Assembly (NCBI GenBank): GCA_965644315.1
Contig: CBFFRQ010000069.1
Location: forward strand, 1,302,001-1,366,000
Origin: Caecitellus pseudoparvulus
Taxonomy: Eukaryota; Protista; Bigyra: Bicosoecida
DNA length: 64,000 bases
Direction: 5' to 3'
Below the pieces are notes generated by a model that did not search any database, had not been told where the DNA came from, and saw only the letters and a program-made list of their open reading frames with translations. Both the position numbers and the translations under genes were made by a program. This document shows, piece by piece, positions 31,400-42,595 of the stretch (its first letter is position 1; the number at the start of each line of letters is the position of its first letter).

Positions 31400-32621
31400 A
31401 TGGCAGCGCAGGTGGACCAAACGCCAGGGGAGGGGCGATTCAGCTTTGAAGTCACATGGACAGACGCCCAAAGTGGAGTCGTTCGGACGTTCAAGTGAGA
31501 GGCGCGCTGCCGCAGCCTTGGCTTGTCGATGCGTGATCGCGCGCTGGTTCAATTGCCGCAGCCTGCGCTTCTACGAGGAGGACAGCACCGTGGAAATGTA
31601 CGACCCGAAGGCACGCAAGACTTTCCTGAAGCGCTGCCAGCCCACTGAAGATGTTGTGCTGCAAGACCTAGCTGTGGGAGGCAGAGTCACCATCATGTCG
31701 CGGCCGCTCGCTGTGGTTCGCTACCTTGACCAAGCCACCCAGGAGCGGTTCAAAGTGACGACCACGACAACACTTTGCTTGGTGAAGCCTGACGTGTACA
31801 ACCGAGCGGGAGACATTGTGGATTCCATTCAGGCTGAGGGCCTGACAGTGTCCCGCTGCCGCCTTGTGCAGCTGTCCCGGGCGGAGGCTGAGGAGTTCCT
31901 CGCGCCGAGGCGCAAGAACAGGGCGTTTGCCGCTGCCTTCGCAGACCACGCAAAGCTGCTGTGTGCAGATGCTGTGCTGGCCCTGGAAGTGAAGGGTAAT
32001 GACAGTGTATCCAGCATGCACCTTCTGGCAGGCCCAGCACAGCCTCACGACGCGCTGCAGGCTGCGCCAGCAAGCATCCGTGCCAGGTGGGGCACAGATG
32101 CCATCATGAACGCCGTGCATGTCTCGGCCTCTCGCGAGGATGCTGATCGGGAACTGGAGTTCATGTTCAGTGATGCTCGGCGCCTCCCCGTCGTGCATGA
32201 CAACTGTGCTGTGGTCATTCTGAAGCCACACGCGTTCGCAGCTGGCTTGCTCGGCACGCTGCTGCGCTTCTTCTTGAGCCAGGACGTGGAGGTTTCAGGG
32301 GTCCGCAGCATCGCTCTGTCAAGGCGAGATGCAGCTGATTACCTGGCTGCCTACAAGGGAGTGGTGCCGGAGTACTCGGGGTGGGTCCAGCAACTCTCCG
32401 CGGGTGCTTGCGTCATCTTGCAGGTGAGGGGAGAGGACATCATTCCCCGTGTGCGGGAGCTGGTGGGGCCGTACGACCCCCAAATTGCCAAGGCTCTCAG
32501 GCCGGACTCCCTGAGAGCGCGATTTGGCGTGGACTCCATTCGCAATGCGGTGCACTGCACAGACTTGGAAGACGATGGCCCCCTGGAGAGTCAGTTTCTG
32601 TTCGAGACAGTCCTGGGCTGA
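31400..32621 (+). CDS. NME7: Nucleoside diphosphate kinase 7 (DM10 plus two NDK domains), about 384 aa
   Basis: DM10 (RFSFEVTWTD..LRFYEEDSTVEMYDPKARKTFLKR); TLCLVKPD..SIRARWGTDAIMNAVH; ILKPHA..GPYDPQIAKALRPDSLRARFG..NAVHCTDL. Intron 31495-31561. Confidence 0.95.
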
Positions 32622-32785
32622 TCCGCAGGGGCCAAGGCTGCTGCTCCAGACCCCTGCCCGCCCGCAACAATTCCAAACTCGCCGGCTCTGGGGTGCTTAC
32701 CGACCTGAATCGTGGCATAGCCCATGCATGACGAGCGAGCTCGGTATCGTGCCCAGAAAGTGAGGCAAACGAATCCCCTTCGAGA

Positions 32786-34270
32786 ATGGCAGCTGCCACG
32801 CCGGAGGCGGCCGCAGAGCTGCCCAGGATTGATGAGCCGGAATTCACCATCTCAGAGACACCTCTTTCTTTGCTTGCGCCTGCTGTGGATCCAGCACGGT
32901 TGGACCTTCACTCCATACTCATGCATGGCGTCAGCCAGCCAGGCACAGAGCCTGGCACCACCTTGATCGGCGAGCCCGGCGGGGCTCCAGCGCTGTGGCT
33001 GCAGGGCGCTGCAAGCCTGCAAGGTGTGAAGTTGTCCTTGTGTAGCTTCTCAGGGCCGCCCGCTGAAGGCTGTGTCAGCTTCCTGGACAGGGTGCCTGTG
33101 ACACACGAGGAGCTCAGCGTTTCGTGGGAGTTGCACACCATGCCCAACGGCAGCGCCGTGACCTTGCTTTTGTCAGCTTTTGGAAGCCCCCGCGGCGGCG
33201 ACTGGCTGGTCATCCCTTCAGACATTCAACAGCACCAAGTGGGGTCCACACCCCGCCTCCCTCCATGCTCCATTGCTGTGCAGCTGCATCGGCTGGCCAT
33301 TGACCGGGCGGTGCTCGAGGTGTCCGTTTGGGCTTCTTCGGCTGCTGGCCAGACGCTGACATGCCTGCAAGCACGGGTGACGACTCCTGAGCCGTGCCAC
33401 GTCCAAGTTCAACGAGCGGGGGATGACGCCGTCATTTCATTTGCAGACATCTTCATGCGAAGGGTGCAGTGCCCCATTCTGCGCGCTGGCCGGGCGTTCG
33501 AGCACTGCTTGCCTCAGTGGGCGGCTGGCGCGCGGGCCGGCTCCTGGGCAGTGTCCATGTTTGGTCACGCGTGCAGTAGTGGCCTATCAGGCACTCAGGT
33601 AGCTCCTGGTATCGTGCAGGACGGCCACAGCACCAAACCCTGGCTGTGTCCCGATGGTCGCAGGTTCGCGACAGAGGTGAACGCAAAGCGCTGGCTGGCC
33701 AAGGCGGCAGCGGCTGCCAAAGCAGATGCATCCAAAGGGGTGGGCCCCCCTCCATCGAGCACTGATGCGAATGCGGTGCTGACTGAAATGGTCTCAAGGG
33801 ACGCAGCTGCAGCCGCCCATGACGCAACCGAGGCAGCCACCAGTGGCATCCACGGCGCCATCACCACGACGCAGTTGTCCGTGCATGCAGGGCCAGCAGC
33901 GCACCGAAATTGGCAGCCACAGGGATTGGTAGAGTGCCTTGTCTGGAGTGCCCTGCGGAGGAGCGTGGGCAAGATGCAGGCGTCCTGCTCAGCGCTGGTA
34001 CGGGTGCTGGAGGAAGCAAACGCACCCGCCTCCACAGCTGTGCCTTCCGTGGCAGCTACCGCGATTCCCGGCACGCGTCTTTCTTCGGCGGAGTACTCTG
34101 CCTTCCTGGAGAGCCCCGGGCTATGGTCAGCTGGCGCATGTCCAGAGTCTCTGCAGTCGACCATCAGCCTCCTGCAGCACGTTGCCGCAGGGGGGATGCT
34201 TTCCACCGATGCAACAGGCCTCATGCGAAGCAAGGCAGGCTTGAAACAAGTGAAAGTTGCCAAAGCATGA
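32786..34270 (+). CDS. Hypothetical protein, 494 aa
   Basis: Intronless ORF filling the space between NME7 and the RDD gene. The N-terminal half looks beta-rich and globular; short motif WLCPDGRRFATEVNAKRWL. Confidence 0.6.
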   Translation: MAAATPEAAAELPRIDEPEFTISETPLSLLAPAVDPARLDLHSILMHGVSQPGTEPGTTLIGEPGGAPALWLQGAASLQGVKLSLCSFSGPPAEGCVSFLDRVPVTHEELSVSWELHTMPNGSAVTLLLSAFGSPRGGDWLVIPSDIQQHQVGSTPRLPPCSIAVQLHRLAIDRAVLEVSVWASSAAGQTLTCLQARVTTPEPCHVQVQRAGDDAVISFADIFMRRVQCPILRAGRAFEHCLPQWAAGARAGSWAVSMFGHACSSGLSGTQVAPGIVQDGHSTKPWLCPDGRRFATEVNAKRWLAKAAAAAKADASKGVGPPPSSTDANAVLTEMVSRDAAAAAHDATEAATSGIHGAITTTQLSVHAGPAAHRNWQPQGLVECLVWSALRRSVGKMQASCSALVRVLEEANAPASTAVPSVAATAIPGTRLSSAEYSAFLESPGLWSAGACPESLQSTISLLQHVAAGGMLSTDATGLMRSKAGLKQVKVAKA

Positions 34271-34279
34271 ATACCTGCA

Positions 34280-35167
34280 TCACTTGCTCTCCTGGGCTGG
34301 TGCCCCGTCAGCGGGCCTCACCGGCGCAGGCTCAGCGATGTACTGAGCAGCGTGGCGCAGCATGACGTTCCGGGAAGTTTCAACGGGTGGCGGGGCACTC
34401 CTCGGCGAAGCGTCTTGCTTGTCGCCTTCGTCTTGTGAAAGTGGCGAGTACGGCATTGCTGCTTCCAACACTCGAGCTGTGTCGGGTGACAGCTCTGCCA
34501 CTCGGCGAAGGAGCGCGGACATTTCCTCCACCTCAAGGTCGTCCAATGACGCTTCACTGGATGAAACTGAAGCCACTCTGCACCCCATCAAGTAGTCGCC
34601 GGCACGGCGGGCATCCTGAGTGACGAGCTGGCTGGCGACGTCCCACACTGCACAGAAGACAAATGCGTGCCAGACAATGTCATTGACTCCGAAGAAGGGG
34701 ATCAAGCCAAAGTAGGCGTTTCTGACCACCGATGCACTGGGAGACACGATTCCTTGGTCCCACCCAATCACACGCAGCCCAAACAAGCGCTTGCCAAAGC
34801 TGCCGCAACCATCCCCGGCCACCGCATCCCTCCCTGCGAAAGCCAGCGAGCCTGCCAGGACGCTGCCCCACACCCCTGCATCAGCACTGTCCAGACCAAC
34901 AAATGCAGCGGTGCCAACAAGGGCCCCAAGTGTTCCAGAAACTGCCATGTCAACAAGCCCTGCCATGCAGCGGGCGATGGGGTCTGGAGGCGGCGGCAGC
35001 TGAAATTCCGCAGGCACTTCGTCTGTGAAGAAGTTGGGGGGCTGAGACGCTGCTGCATGCGTGACTCCCCGGCTAGAGGGAATGGAGGGTAGCGCAGACC
35101 AACCCCTGAAGAAGGCCTGTGCAGTGAGCTGCTTGGTTGCTGTTCTATAGCTCTGGGCTGCCAGCAT
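34280..35167 (-). CDS. RDD-family membrane protein with a putative mitochondrial presequence
   Basis: ARCMAGLVD, GSFGKRLFGLRVI, SVVRN and RRAGDYLMGCRV match the RDD R/D/D pattern. N-terminus MLAAQSYRTATKQLTAQAFFRGWS is basic and lacks acidic residues. Confidence 0.7.
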   Translation of the reverse strand: MLAAQSYRTATKQLTAQAFFRGWSALPSIPSSRGVTHAAASQPPNFFTDEVPAEFQLPPPPDPIARCMAGLVDMAVSGTLGALVGTAAFVGLDSADAGVWGSVLAGSLAFAGRDAVAGDGCGSFGKRLFGLRVIGWDQGIVSPSASVVRNAYFGLIPFFGVNDIVWHAFVFCAVWDVASQLVTQDARRAGDYLMGCRVASVSSSEASLDDLEVEEMSALLRRVAELSPDTARVLEAAMPYSPLSQDEGDKQDASPRSAPPPVETSRNVMLRHAAQYIAEPAPVRPADGAPAQESK

Positions 35168-35447
35168 GTTGCCGCGCCGAGGAGGAGGCAGGGAGGGGGA
35201 GGTGGGGGGGGGTTGTTCAGAGAGGCGCACACACAGGCAAGAAGTGGGGCAAGAATACTCAACTTTTCAGCATTCGTGCTCTTTGTTTTGGGGGGCTTCC
35301 ATTGGGGCTGCATAGGCCACACGCTGACGCGAGGCTGCTCCAGAGTCAGGATCGGTCACTCAGCAATCGCAAAAAGGCTTCCGGAGATCGGTGGCTCTGT
35401 GCATTGTGCGTATGAAATGTTCCCGACGAGGATGCTGAGCTGGCTGA

Positions 35448-36363
<916 letters not shown>

Positions 36364-36558
36364 TGTGAACATCTCCTCTCATTGCACAATTCAACTGCAC
36401 TGGGCCCCGTCTTTAGTGGCTACCCGCTCGCCTCTTCATGCAACCGGGGCAGTCAGGCCACAGGTATCTCGCTGTGTAGGCTCACGCTCCGCACGCTTCC
36501 ACACTGAGCAGCTCAATGCCGTTCTGAACACCTGCCTGAGGGACATGTGCAGTGCAGA

Positions 36559-38050
36559 ATGGCCGCCGAAGAGTCTTTCGTGTTGCTCCCCCCCCTTTGC
36601 AACCTGCAGCACGTTTCAAGACAGGCCCGCCAAGGCACACAGATCTTCTCTTTGGAGCCGGCTTGTGACCCCGCGCCCGAAGGGCGAGCTCCTCAGCCTT
36701 TGGGGCCTGGGCCTGACACAGCCGCGGAGGAAAGCTTACCACATGTACCCCAGAATGCTACCCCACAACTTTGCCCGAGCGGCAGCCTCAGCTCCTCCAG
36801 GACTGCTGCGTTGCCTTTCTCAAGTTTCACGGGCGAAACGCGCGCTCGGCCGTCAGCGCCAGCCGCAACTCTAGGCTGCGAACACCGCGCCAGCATTGCA
36901 CCCTCTCTTCCAGTACTCACAATCCAGGAGTCGCACCGTTTCGACCCAGCCGACTATGCGTTTCTTGGACAGGTCAAGGCTAACATGGATTCGCTTGCCA
37001 AGGGCAGGCGCCCTGTGGTGCTGTTGGCCACGGGAGCTTTTAATCCAGTGCACCGGCAGCACACGAGGATGTTCTACCTAGCGCGTCGGGTGAGTGCATG
37101 TTGCCTCTGCATGAGCTGTCCTGCGAAGGCATGCTCGACCTGGAATGGTGCCACAGTTTCTGACTCAGAAGACTGACATGCAGGTGGTGGGGGGCCTCCT
37201 GTCCCCCGCCCACCAAAGCGCGGTGAAGAACACCTTGCGGCGGAACGCTTTTCAAGCCATTCCAATCCTGCACCGCCTGGCCATGTGTGAGCTCGCTGTT
37301 CGGGGGTCGTCGTGGCTTGCCGTCTCTCGGTGGGAGGCAACCCGGCGATCCCCCCTGGACTACCCCAGTGTGCTGAAAAACACGCAGAAAGTGAGTTTGT
37401 GCGCGGTTCATGCGTCCAGGTTTTTGCCATGTTGACACTCGCTCGCCTGCTTTCCTGCACAGCTGCTGCGACTGGCTTTCGAGAGCCGTGCGCCACAGGT
37501 CTTGTATTTGTGTGGTGCGGACGAAGTGATGAAGTGTGGTCTGGAGACCCTAAAATCCTTTCGGTGCGTGTGCTGCAGTCGCCCAGGATACACGCGCGAA
37601 CTGGAGACAGTCTTGGGGCGAAGGTACAAGCGCTTGGTCTTCATTGTGGATGACGACGAGCTCCTGTCGACGGCCCTGGACACTGCCAGCTCCACAAAGG
37701 TACGGAAGCGTCTGATCGACGGCAAAGGTGTTCGAGCCCTCGTACCGGATGACGTAGAAAGCTACATCATCGCGCACGCCATTGGGCACAAACTCCAGGC
37801 GGCTGGGCGATGGAGTGCTGAGGACGTACAGACCGTTCCCTACTCTCCACCCCAGCCATTAAGAGACCAGCAGGGCGCCGCTCTCCCACATAAAATACGA
37901 ACATCTTGTGTGCGTGGGGGATCAGGGGTCCCTCCACCCGCGGATACTCCGCCCCACAAGCCGGATGCCTCGTCCCTCACCAGTGCCCGAGGCGTTGGGG
38001 AAAGACAGGGCACCTTACTGCACGATGCCGCGCTTCGCCCGACCCCATGA
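36559..38050 (+). CDS. NMN/NaMN adenylyltransferase-like protein (cytidylyltransferase fold), about 450 aa
   Basis: VVLLATGAFNPVHRQH (HxxH), VVGGLLSP, HRLAMCELAV..SWLAVSRWE, LYLCGAD, ASSTKVR, LVPDDVESYI. Introns 37090-37156 and 37391-37462. Confidence 0.85.
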
Positions 38051-38331
38051 GACCCATTAAATACTGCATCTTTTCCCTGCATACCCAAGCGACCGGGCGT
38101 TTGGCTTCAGCGCCTCTGCATGCGTGTGCGCACAAGCCGTGTCCCGTGGGCGTCCGCGAATTCAGGAGTACCGGCAGGACCAACCTCAGAAGCAAACACT
38201 GCAAAGTTTGGCAATGTACACAATTGGCCGCGTTCACACCCTTGCCCCAGCTTTCTTCCTTCCTTCAAGCAGCCCAGTCTGGTTGCCTGTCAAGAAGTGC
38301 CGCAGCAGATTCCGCCCTGCACACCATCAGC

Positions 38332-38829
38332 ATGGCAGCGGTTGCAACTCGCGCCCTGAGCGCAGCTTCCCGCCGAGCAGCCACAGCTCGCTACTTCTCA
38401 GAGCAGGCAGTGAACACAGAGCTGCGTCTTAACGTCGCTGTCCCCCACACGACGCTGGTGGCTGACGCAGAGGTCAAGCTGGTGACCATGCCCGCCCGCG
38501 ATGGTGTCATGGGCATTGAGAAGAACTCCCCCCCCATCATCGCTGAGCTGAAGCCTGGCATGCTGCGAGTGGACTACTTGGACGGCAAGGTGGAGGAGTT
38601 CTTCGTCCCAGGTGGAGTGGCCTTCAACCATGACAACAACAAGTGCGACATCAGTGTGCCTGAGGGGGTCAGCGTGGAAGACATCGACGGAGACCGCCTT
38701 CGCGAGGACGCTGCTGCTTGGAATGCCAAGAAGGCCAGCGCAGCGGCTGGCAGCAAAGAGGCGGTGGAGGCTGAGGCAGCTTTGGAGGTGCTCAGCGCTG
38801 CTGGCAAGGCGATTGGTGTGACCATCTGA
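38332..38829 (+). CDS. ATP5F1D: Mitochondrial F1 ATP synthase delta subunit
   Basis: Presequence MAAVATRALSAASRRAATARYFS; LRLNVAVPH, VTMPARDGVMGI, IAELKPGMLRV, FFVPGG; C-terminal helical hairpin. Confidence 0.92.
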   Translation: MAAVATRALSAASRRAATARYFSEQAVNTELRLNVAVPHTTLVADAEVKLVTMPARDGVMGIEKNSPPIIAELKPGMLRVDYLDGKVEEFFVPGGVAFNHDNNKCDISVPEGVSVEDIDGDRLREDAAAWNAKKASAAAGSKEAVEAEAALEVLSAAGKAIGVTI

Positions 38830-38884
38830 GATGCTCCTGTGCACACCACACAAAGGCTCACTCCAAATGCATTGGTACTGCACC

Positions 38885-40386
38885 CTACGCAAGCTTCAGA
38901 GCCACACTCCCAGCTGCGGTGGCGGCGCAGTCAACAGGGGCAAGGCTGACGCCAGCCAGGGATGGCTTGCCCTGTCCGTTCAGCACCAGCCCTCCTCGAA
39001 GGGAGTGCTTGGAGATGCCCGCCCCCTCGAGAAGAGCAAGCTGCTCAGCTGTGCAGACGACATGAGTTGGGCGCTGTTTCTCAAATGCGTCTGCAGCATC
39101 GGCCACCTTGAAGGTGCGGCCCACTGTGGCGATCTTCGCGTGCTGTTGCACACAAGCCAGCAGCGCTCCAAGTCCTACCTTTGTGTTTGGGGAAGCCAAA
39201 AATAAGACCCGATCAGCAGGCTGCAAGCCAAGCTCCTGGGCAACAGCAGCTGCCGTGGCCAACGCGTTTGCCCCCGACACAGCGTCCTGCTGAGTGATTT
39301 TGCCAGAGATGCTGGCGAAGGGGATGAGCACGGTGTCATCTGCATGCAGCCAGGGCCGCACAGAATCTGCAGGGTTGGGGTCCATGTCATAAGGTGCAGC
39401 AGCATTCAGAGTCATGGTGCCATGGGTGTACGCTTCCCCTGTGGCATTTATGAGATGCTTCAGGGAGCGGAATCGTTTCGAGTCAAGCCAGTTGATTTCT
39501 CCACCTGCAGAAAGCAACAAGAATCAACTGCCGTCAGGATTACACGGGCCAGCTGCACGTCAAGCTGATGCTTACTGTTGTGCGCCCTGGGCGCAAATTG
39601 GTCCACCAGACCAGAGAAGGCATCCAGCTGTCCCAGGCGCTCCTGGAAGTACAGACTTCGAACACCAAGGGATTGGACCGCGCGTGCCACATCCTCCACA
39701 GATGCCTCAGCTGGCATTCCCACGTTGATTGCTCCGACATGTGATCCTGCAAGTGCCAACGCAGCCTGCGAAGCGGATGAGTGGAGGGTTGTGAGATGCT
39801 GCAGGGAACGGAAAACTTGTAGGCGAAGGCAACCAACCATCTCAGGGCCACACTCCCCCCATGTCATGTACTTGGACCCGTGCTTGTGCCCCAAGTCAAC
39901 AAGGCCAGCTCCAAAACCACGGGTGATGTACCGCAGTGTGGGGAAGTCCCAAGTGTACTCCTCCTCCACCCCCACCGCGGCGAAAGCGTCACTGTGGGGG
40001 TGTGCCTCAGTTGCCGCCTGAATGACATCTGGCACTGTCACGGATGCAGCCGCTTTGGGTGGCTCTACCAGCTTGTCCCAGGTTGCTGCGAGGGGCAGTG
40101 CGAGTGGACTGTGCCTTCTGTCGGCTGGCACCAGCACTGCACCTACCCAAGGCATCTGGCCGTTCACGAGCAGCCCTGGGATGCAGGCTCCATTGAGGAA
40201 GTTTGTATGGATGCCAGCGACGTTCAGCGGGCGAAAGGGAGCTGAAAAATGCCTTGGACCCCGTGGAAACCACTGCGGGCACGAGTGTGCGGAATTGTGC
40301 TGCAGGCCGACACGGCAGCACATGCGTGCACAGACCGCACCTTTTGCCACGCCCGACTGGGCAGCTGCAACTCCCTTGCTTAGCAT
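38885..40386 (-). CDS. Truncated acyl-CoA-synthetase-fold (ACSF2-like N-domain) protein with putative mitochondrial targeting, about 409 aa, 5 exons
   Basis: Introns 40273-40340, 40086-40146, 39766-39837 and 39505-39575 give one continuous frame. AMP-binding-family-like segments: HPHSDAF, TWDF..TRGFGAGLVDLG, RFRSLKHLI, LGLQPADRV, FEKQRPTHV. Confidence 0.65.
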
Positions 40387-40843
40387 CGTGGTGATCTATG
40401 CTTGCGAGGCTTGATGCCCTCGATACTCTGCTTGAGCACGTGCCGCTGAGGCGTGTGAGGCCGTGCACTGGCCTTGGTTCAGCTCACGCCTGCCAACGAG
40501 GACAAGCCCTGAACGAGCCGGAGGCAGCGAGCATGGCGCAAGTACTTCTGTTTTGCTGCCGTGTCATCAGGCGCGGCGTGCAAAGGTGCCCCCCCCCCCC
40601 CCTCTTCTCCTTCGCCTCTAAAGAAAGGAGCGCCCCTTGTGCTGCTCGCTGAGCAGACAACGAGGTGGCAGAAAGTGTCGAAGCAGGCTGGTCCCACCTG
40701 CGGCTGAAATCGAAAGCCCCTCCAGGCTTGGAGACCCCAAGCCTTTCAGCACCCAACTAGGCAATATTTTCACTGGAAGCTGTGAGGCTTAAGTGACTAC
40801 CGTGCAGTAGAGGCAGGAGGAAGTTGCTGGAAGCTTTGAGTGA

Positions 40844-42595
40844 ATGAAACGCCATCTCAACGCAGCATCACACCACCCCATGGAGCGCCGCCCAGGGTCA
40901 GAAGGCACGCCCACCTTTGGGAAACACGCGTTCTCAAAGCTGTACGCTCCAGCCCGGCGCATCCTGTGCAACCATGCACTTGAGCACAGAGGAGTGAACC
41001 CACTTCCACAATTGGAGGGGAGCGCGCGGGAGTTCGACGTGGTCGCAAGTGAACTCCAGGCAACCTTCCACACACAAAAGCAGCGGAGGGATGGGGGTGG
41101 CAAGCTGTCATCGGAGTACAGGTCACTGCTACACGAAGCTGCGCGCCATTTGGTCAGAGCACTGCAGAGCCTTGGCGTGGATGCGGCGGCCCGCACCACA
41201 GACTGCGGCCACAGCGCGGAGCACCACATCAAAGCACTACTAGACCACATAGCCAGCGAAGCACTTGATCAAAAGCTCTCCAGTTTCATGTCTGTGCAAG
41301 GCTTGGGCGTGGCAGCACCAGGCTTGTACACACGCGGGTGCTGTGCACCCCGTCAGCTGCCCCAAGCCACGGAGGTGCGGGCCGTGCGACCCGGCGCCGC
41401 AAAAACCAACATGCGATCCACAAAGCACAGCCTTGCAGAAGATGAGAGGAGATTGGGCGGTGATGGTGGCTTAGGCACGATCAGAGAGCGAGAGGCCTTG
41501 CATGCAGTGCCAACACAAGCCAGTCATTCAGTGCAGAAGTCAGACACAGCAGCAAGAGGCCACGGCAAGGCGCATACACCCTTCCTGAGTATTTGGCCAA
41601 GAGTTGTGCAGACACAATCAGCCCGGCGCGCAACTCCAGTTTCCAACAATGTTGATCAGCAGCAGGTTGGCTTCGCGCACGAGCCGACTCTTCAGCGGCA
41701 GGTCGAGGCCAAACAGCGATGGAAGGTCAAGGAAAGGCAACCAGAGCGCGAGGATTGCTACGAGTCTGCTTCTTCTGGAATTTCAATTGAGCAGGACCTC
41801 GATACACAATGCGAAGGGGCACCGTTCAGCACGATCGCATCTGCTGAGCAGGATCAAGCAAGTGATTTCTCCTGCATCAGTGAGCAGTCTTCCGCGGAGG
41901 GGCCCGGCGGGATGGCAGTCACACCCTCTTTGCTCCATGGTGCCCAAGGCACAGCGGAAGCGCCACCCGAGGCTACTCCGATTTGTGCAGCAGACGAAGA
42001 AGCTGCTGGCGAGCAGCCACCTTTTCACAGCACTGAGCCGTGCAAGATAGCCGAGCTGCCAGCAGGACCTTCAGCTATGGCTGAACCGCTCCAAGAGCAA
42101 ACTATGGAACTACTGATCCAAGCGGAAAAGGTGCAGGCTCCCGTTGAACAACCTGTCCTATCCCGTGCTCTGCCAAGCTCGCCAGCTGCAGACACGATCG
42201 CCCGACCATTCCTCAGCACGGCTAGGGCCTCACCTCAGGCATGCGCACCCCCCCTCCTTGAACCAGCGCTTTGTTATGTCCGGCCTCTGCCCCCGAGTCT
42301 TTCGTTCACACCAAGCAGTGTAGAGCAGCTAGAGAAGCCCATACCGCTAGTGCCGGAGCCACCATCAACAGCGCCTCCCACCGCCGCGCTCTTCCCACAG
42401 CCAACTGAGGCACACATTGCATTGCAGAGTCAACGAAGGCCCAGTGTCCGCTCAAAACGACGCCAAGGTGTGGCATTTGGGCATACCAATCAAGCAGCCG
42501 CTGAGTTGCTGAGGGAAGACGAAGCCGGTAGTAAAGCACTGCTGGTGCGCAGGCGCCCGAGACAAGATGCTCTTAGGCGTCATGGCTCACCCTGA
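40844..42595 (+). CDS. Hypothetical, largely disordered protein, 583 aa
   Basis: 1.75-kb ORF with a helical N-terminal region, a Pro/Ser/Glu-rich remainder and C-terminal RQGVAFG. Its stop overlaps the 3' end of the SLC35F-like gene. Confidence 0.55.
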   Translation: MKRHLNAASHHPMERRPGSEGTPTFGKHAFSKLYAPARRILCNHALEHRGVNPLPQLEGSAREFDVVASELQATFHTQKQRRDGGGKLSSEYRSLLHEAARHLVRALQSLGVDAAARTTDCGHSAEHHIKALLDHIASEALDQKLSSFMSVQGLGVAAPGLYTRGCCAPRQLPQATEVRAVRPGAAKTNMRSTKHSLAEDERRLGGDGGLGTIREREALHAVPTQASHSVQKSDTAARGHGKAHTPFLSIWPRVVQTQSARRATPVSNNVDQQQVGFAHEPTLQRQVEAKQRWKVKERQPEREDCYESASSGISIEQDLDTQCEGAPFSTIASAEQDQASDFSCISEQSSAEGPGGMAVTPSLLHGAQGTAEAPPEATPICAADEEAAGEQPPFHSTEPCKIAELPAGPSAMAEPLQEQTMELLIQAEKVQAPVEQPVLSRALPSSPAADTIARPFLSTARASPQACAPPLLEPALCYVRPLPPSLSFTPSSVEQLEKPIPLVPEPPSTAPPTAALFPQPTEAHIALQSQRRPSVRSKRRQGVAFGHTNQAAAELLREDEAGSKALLVRRRPRQDALRRHGSP

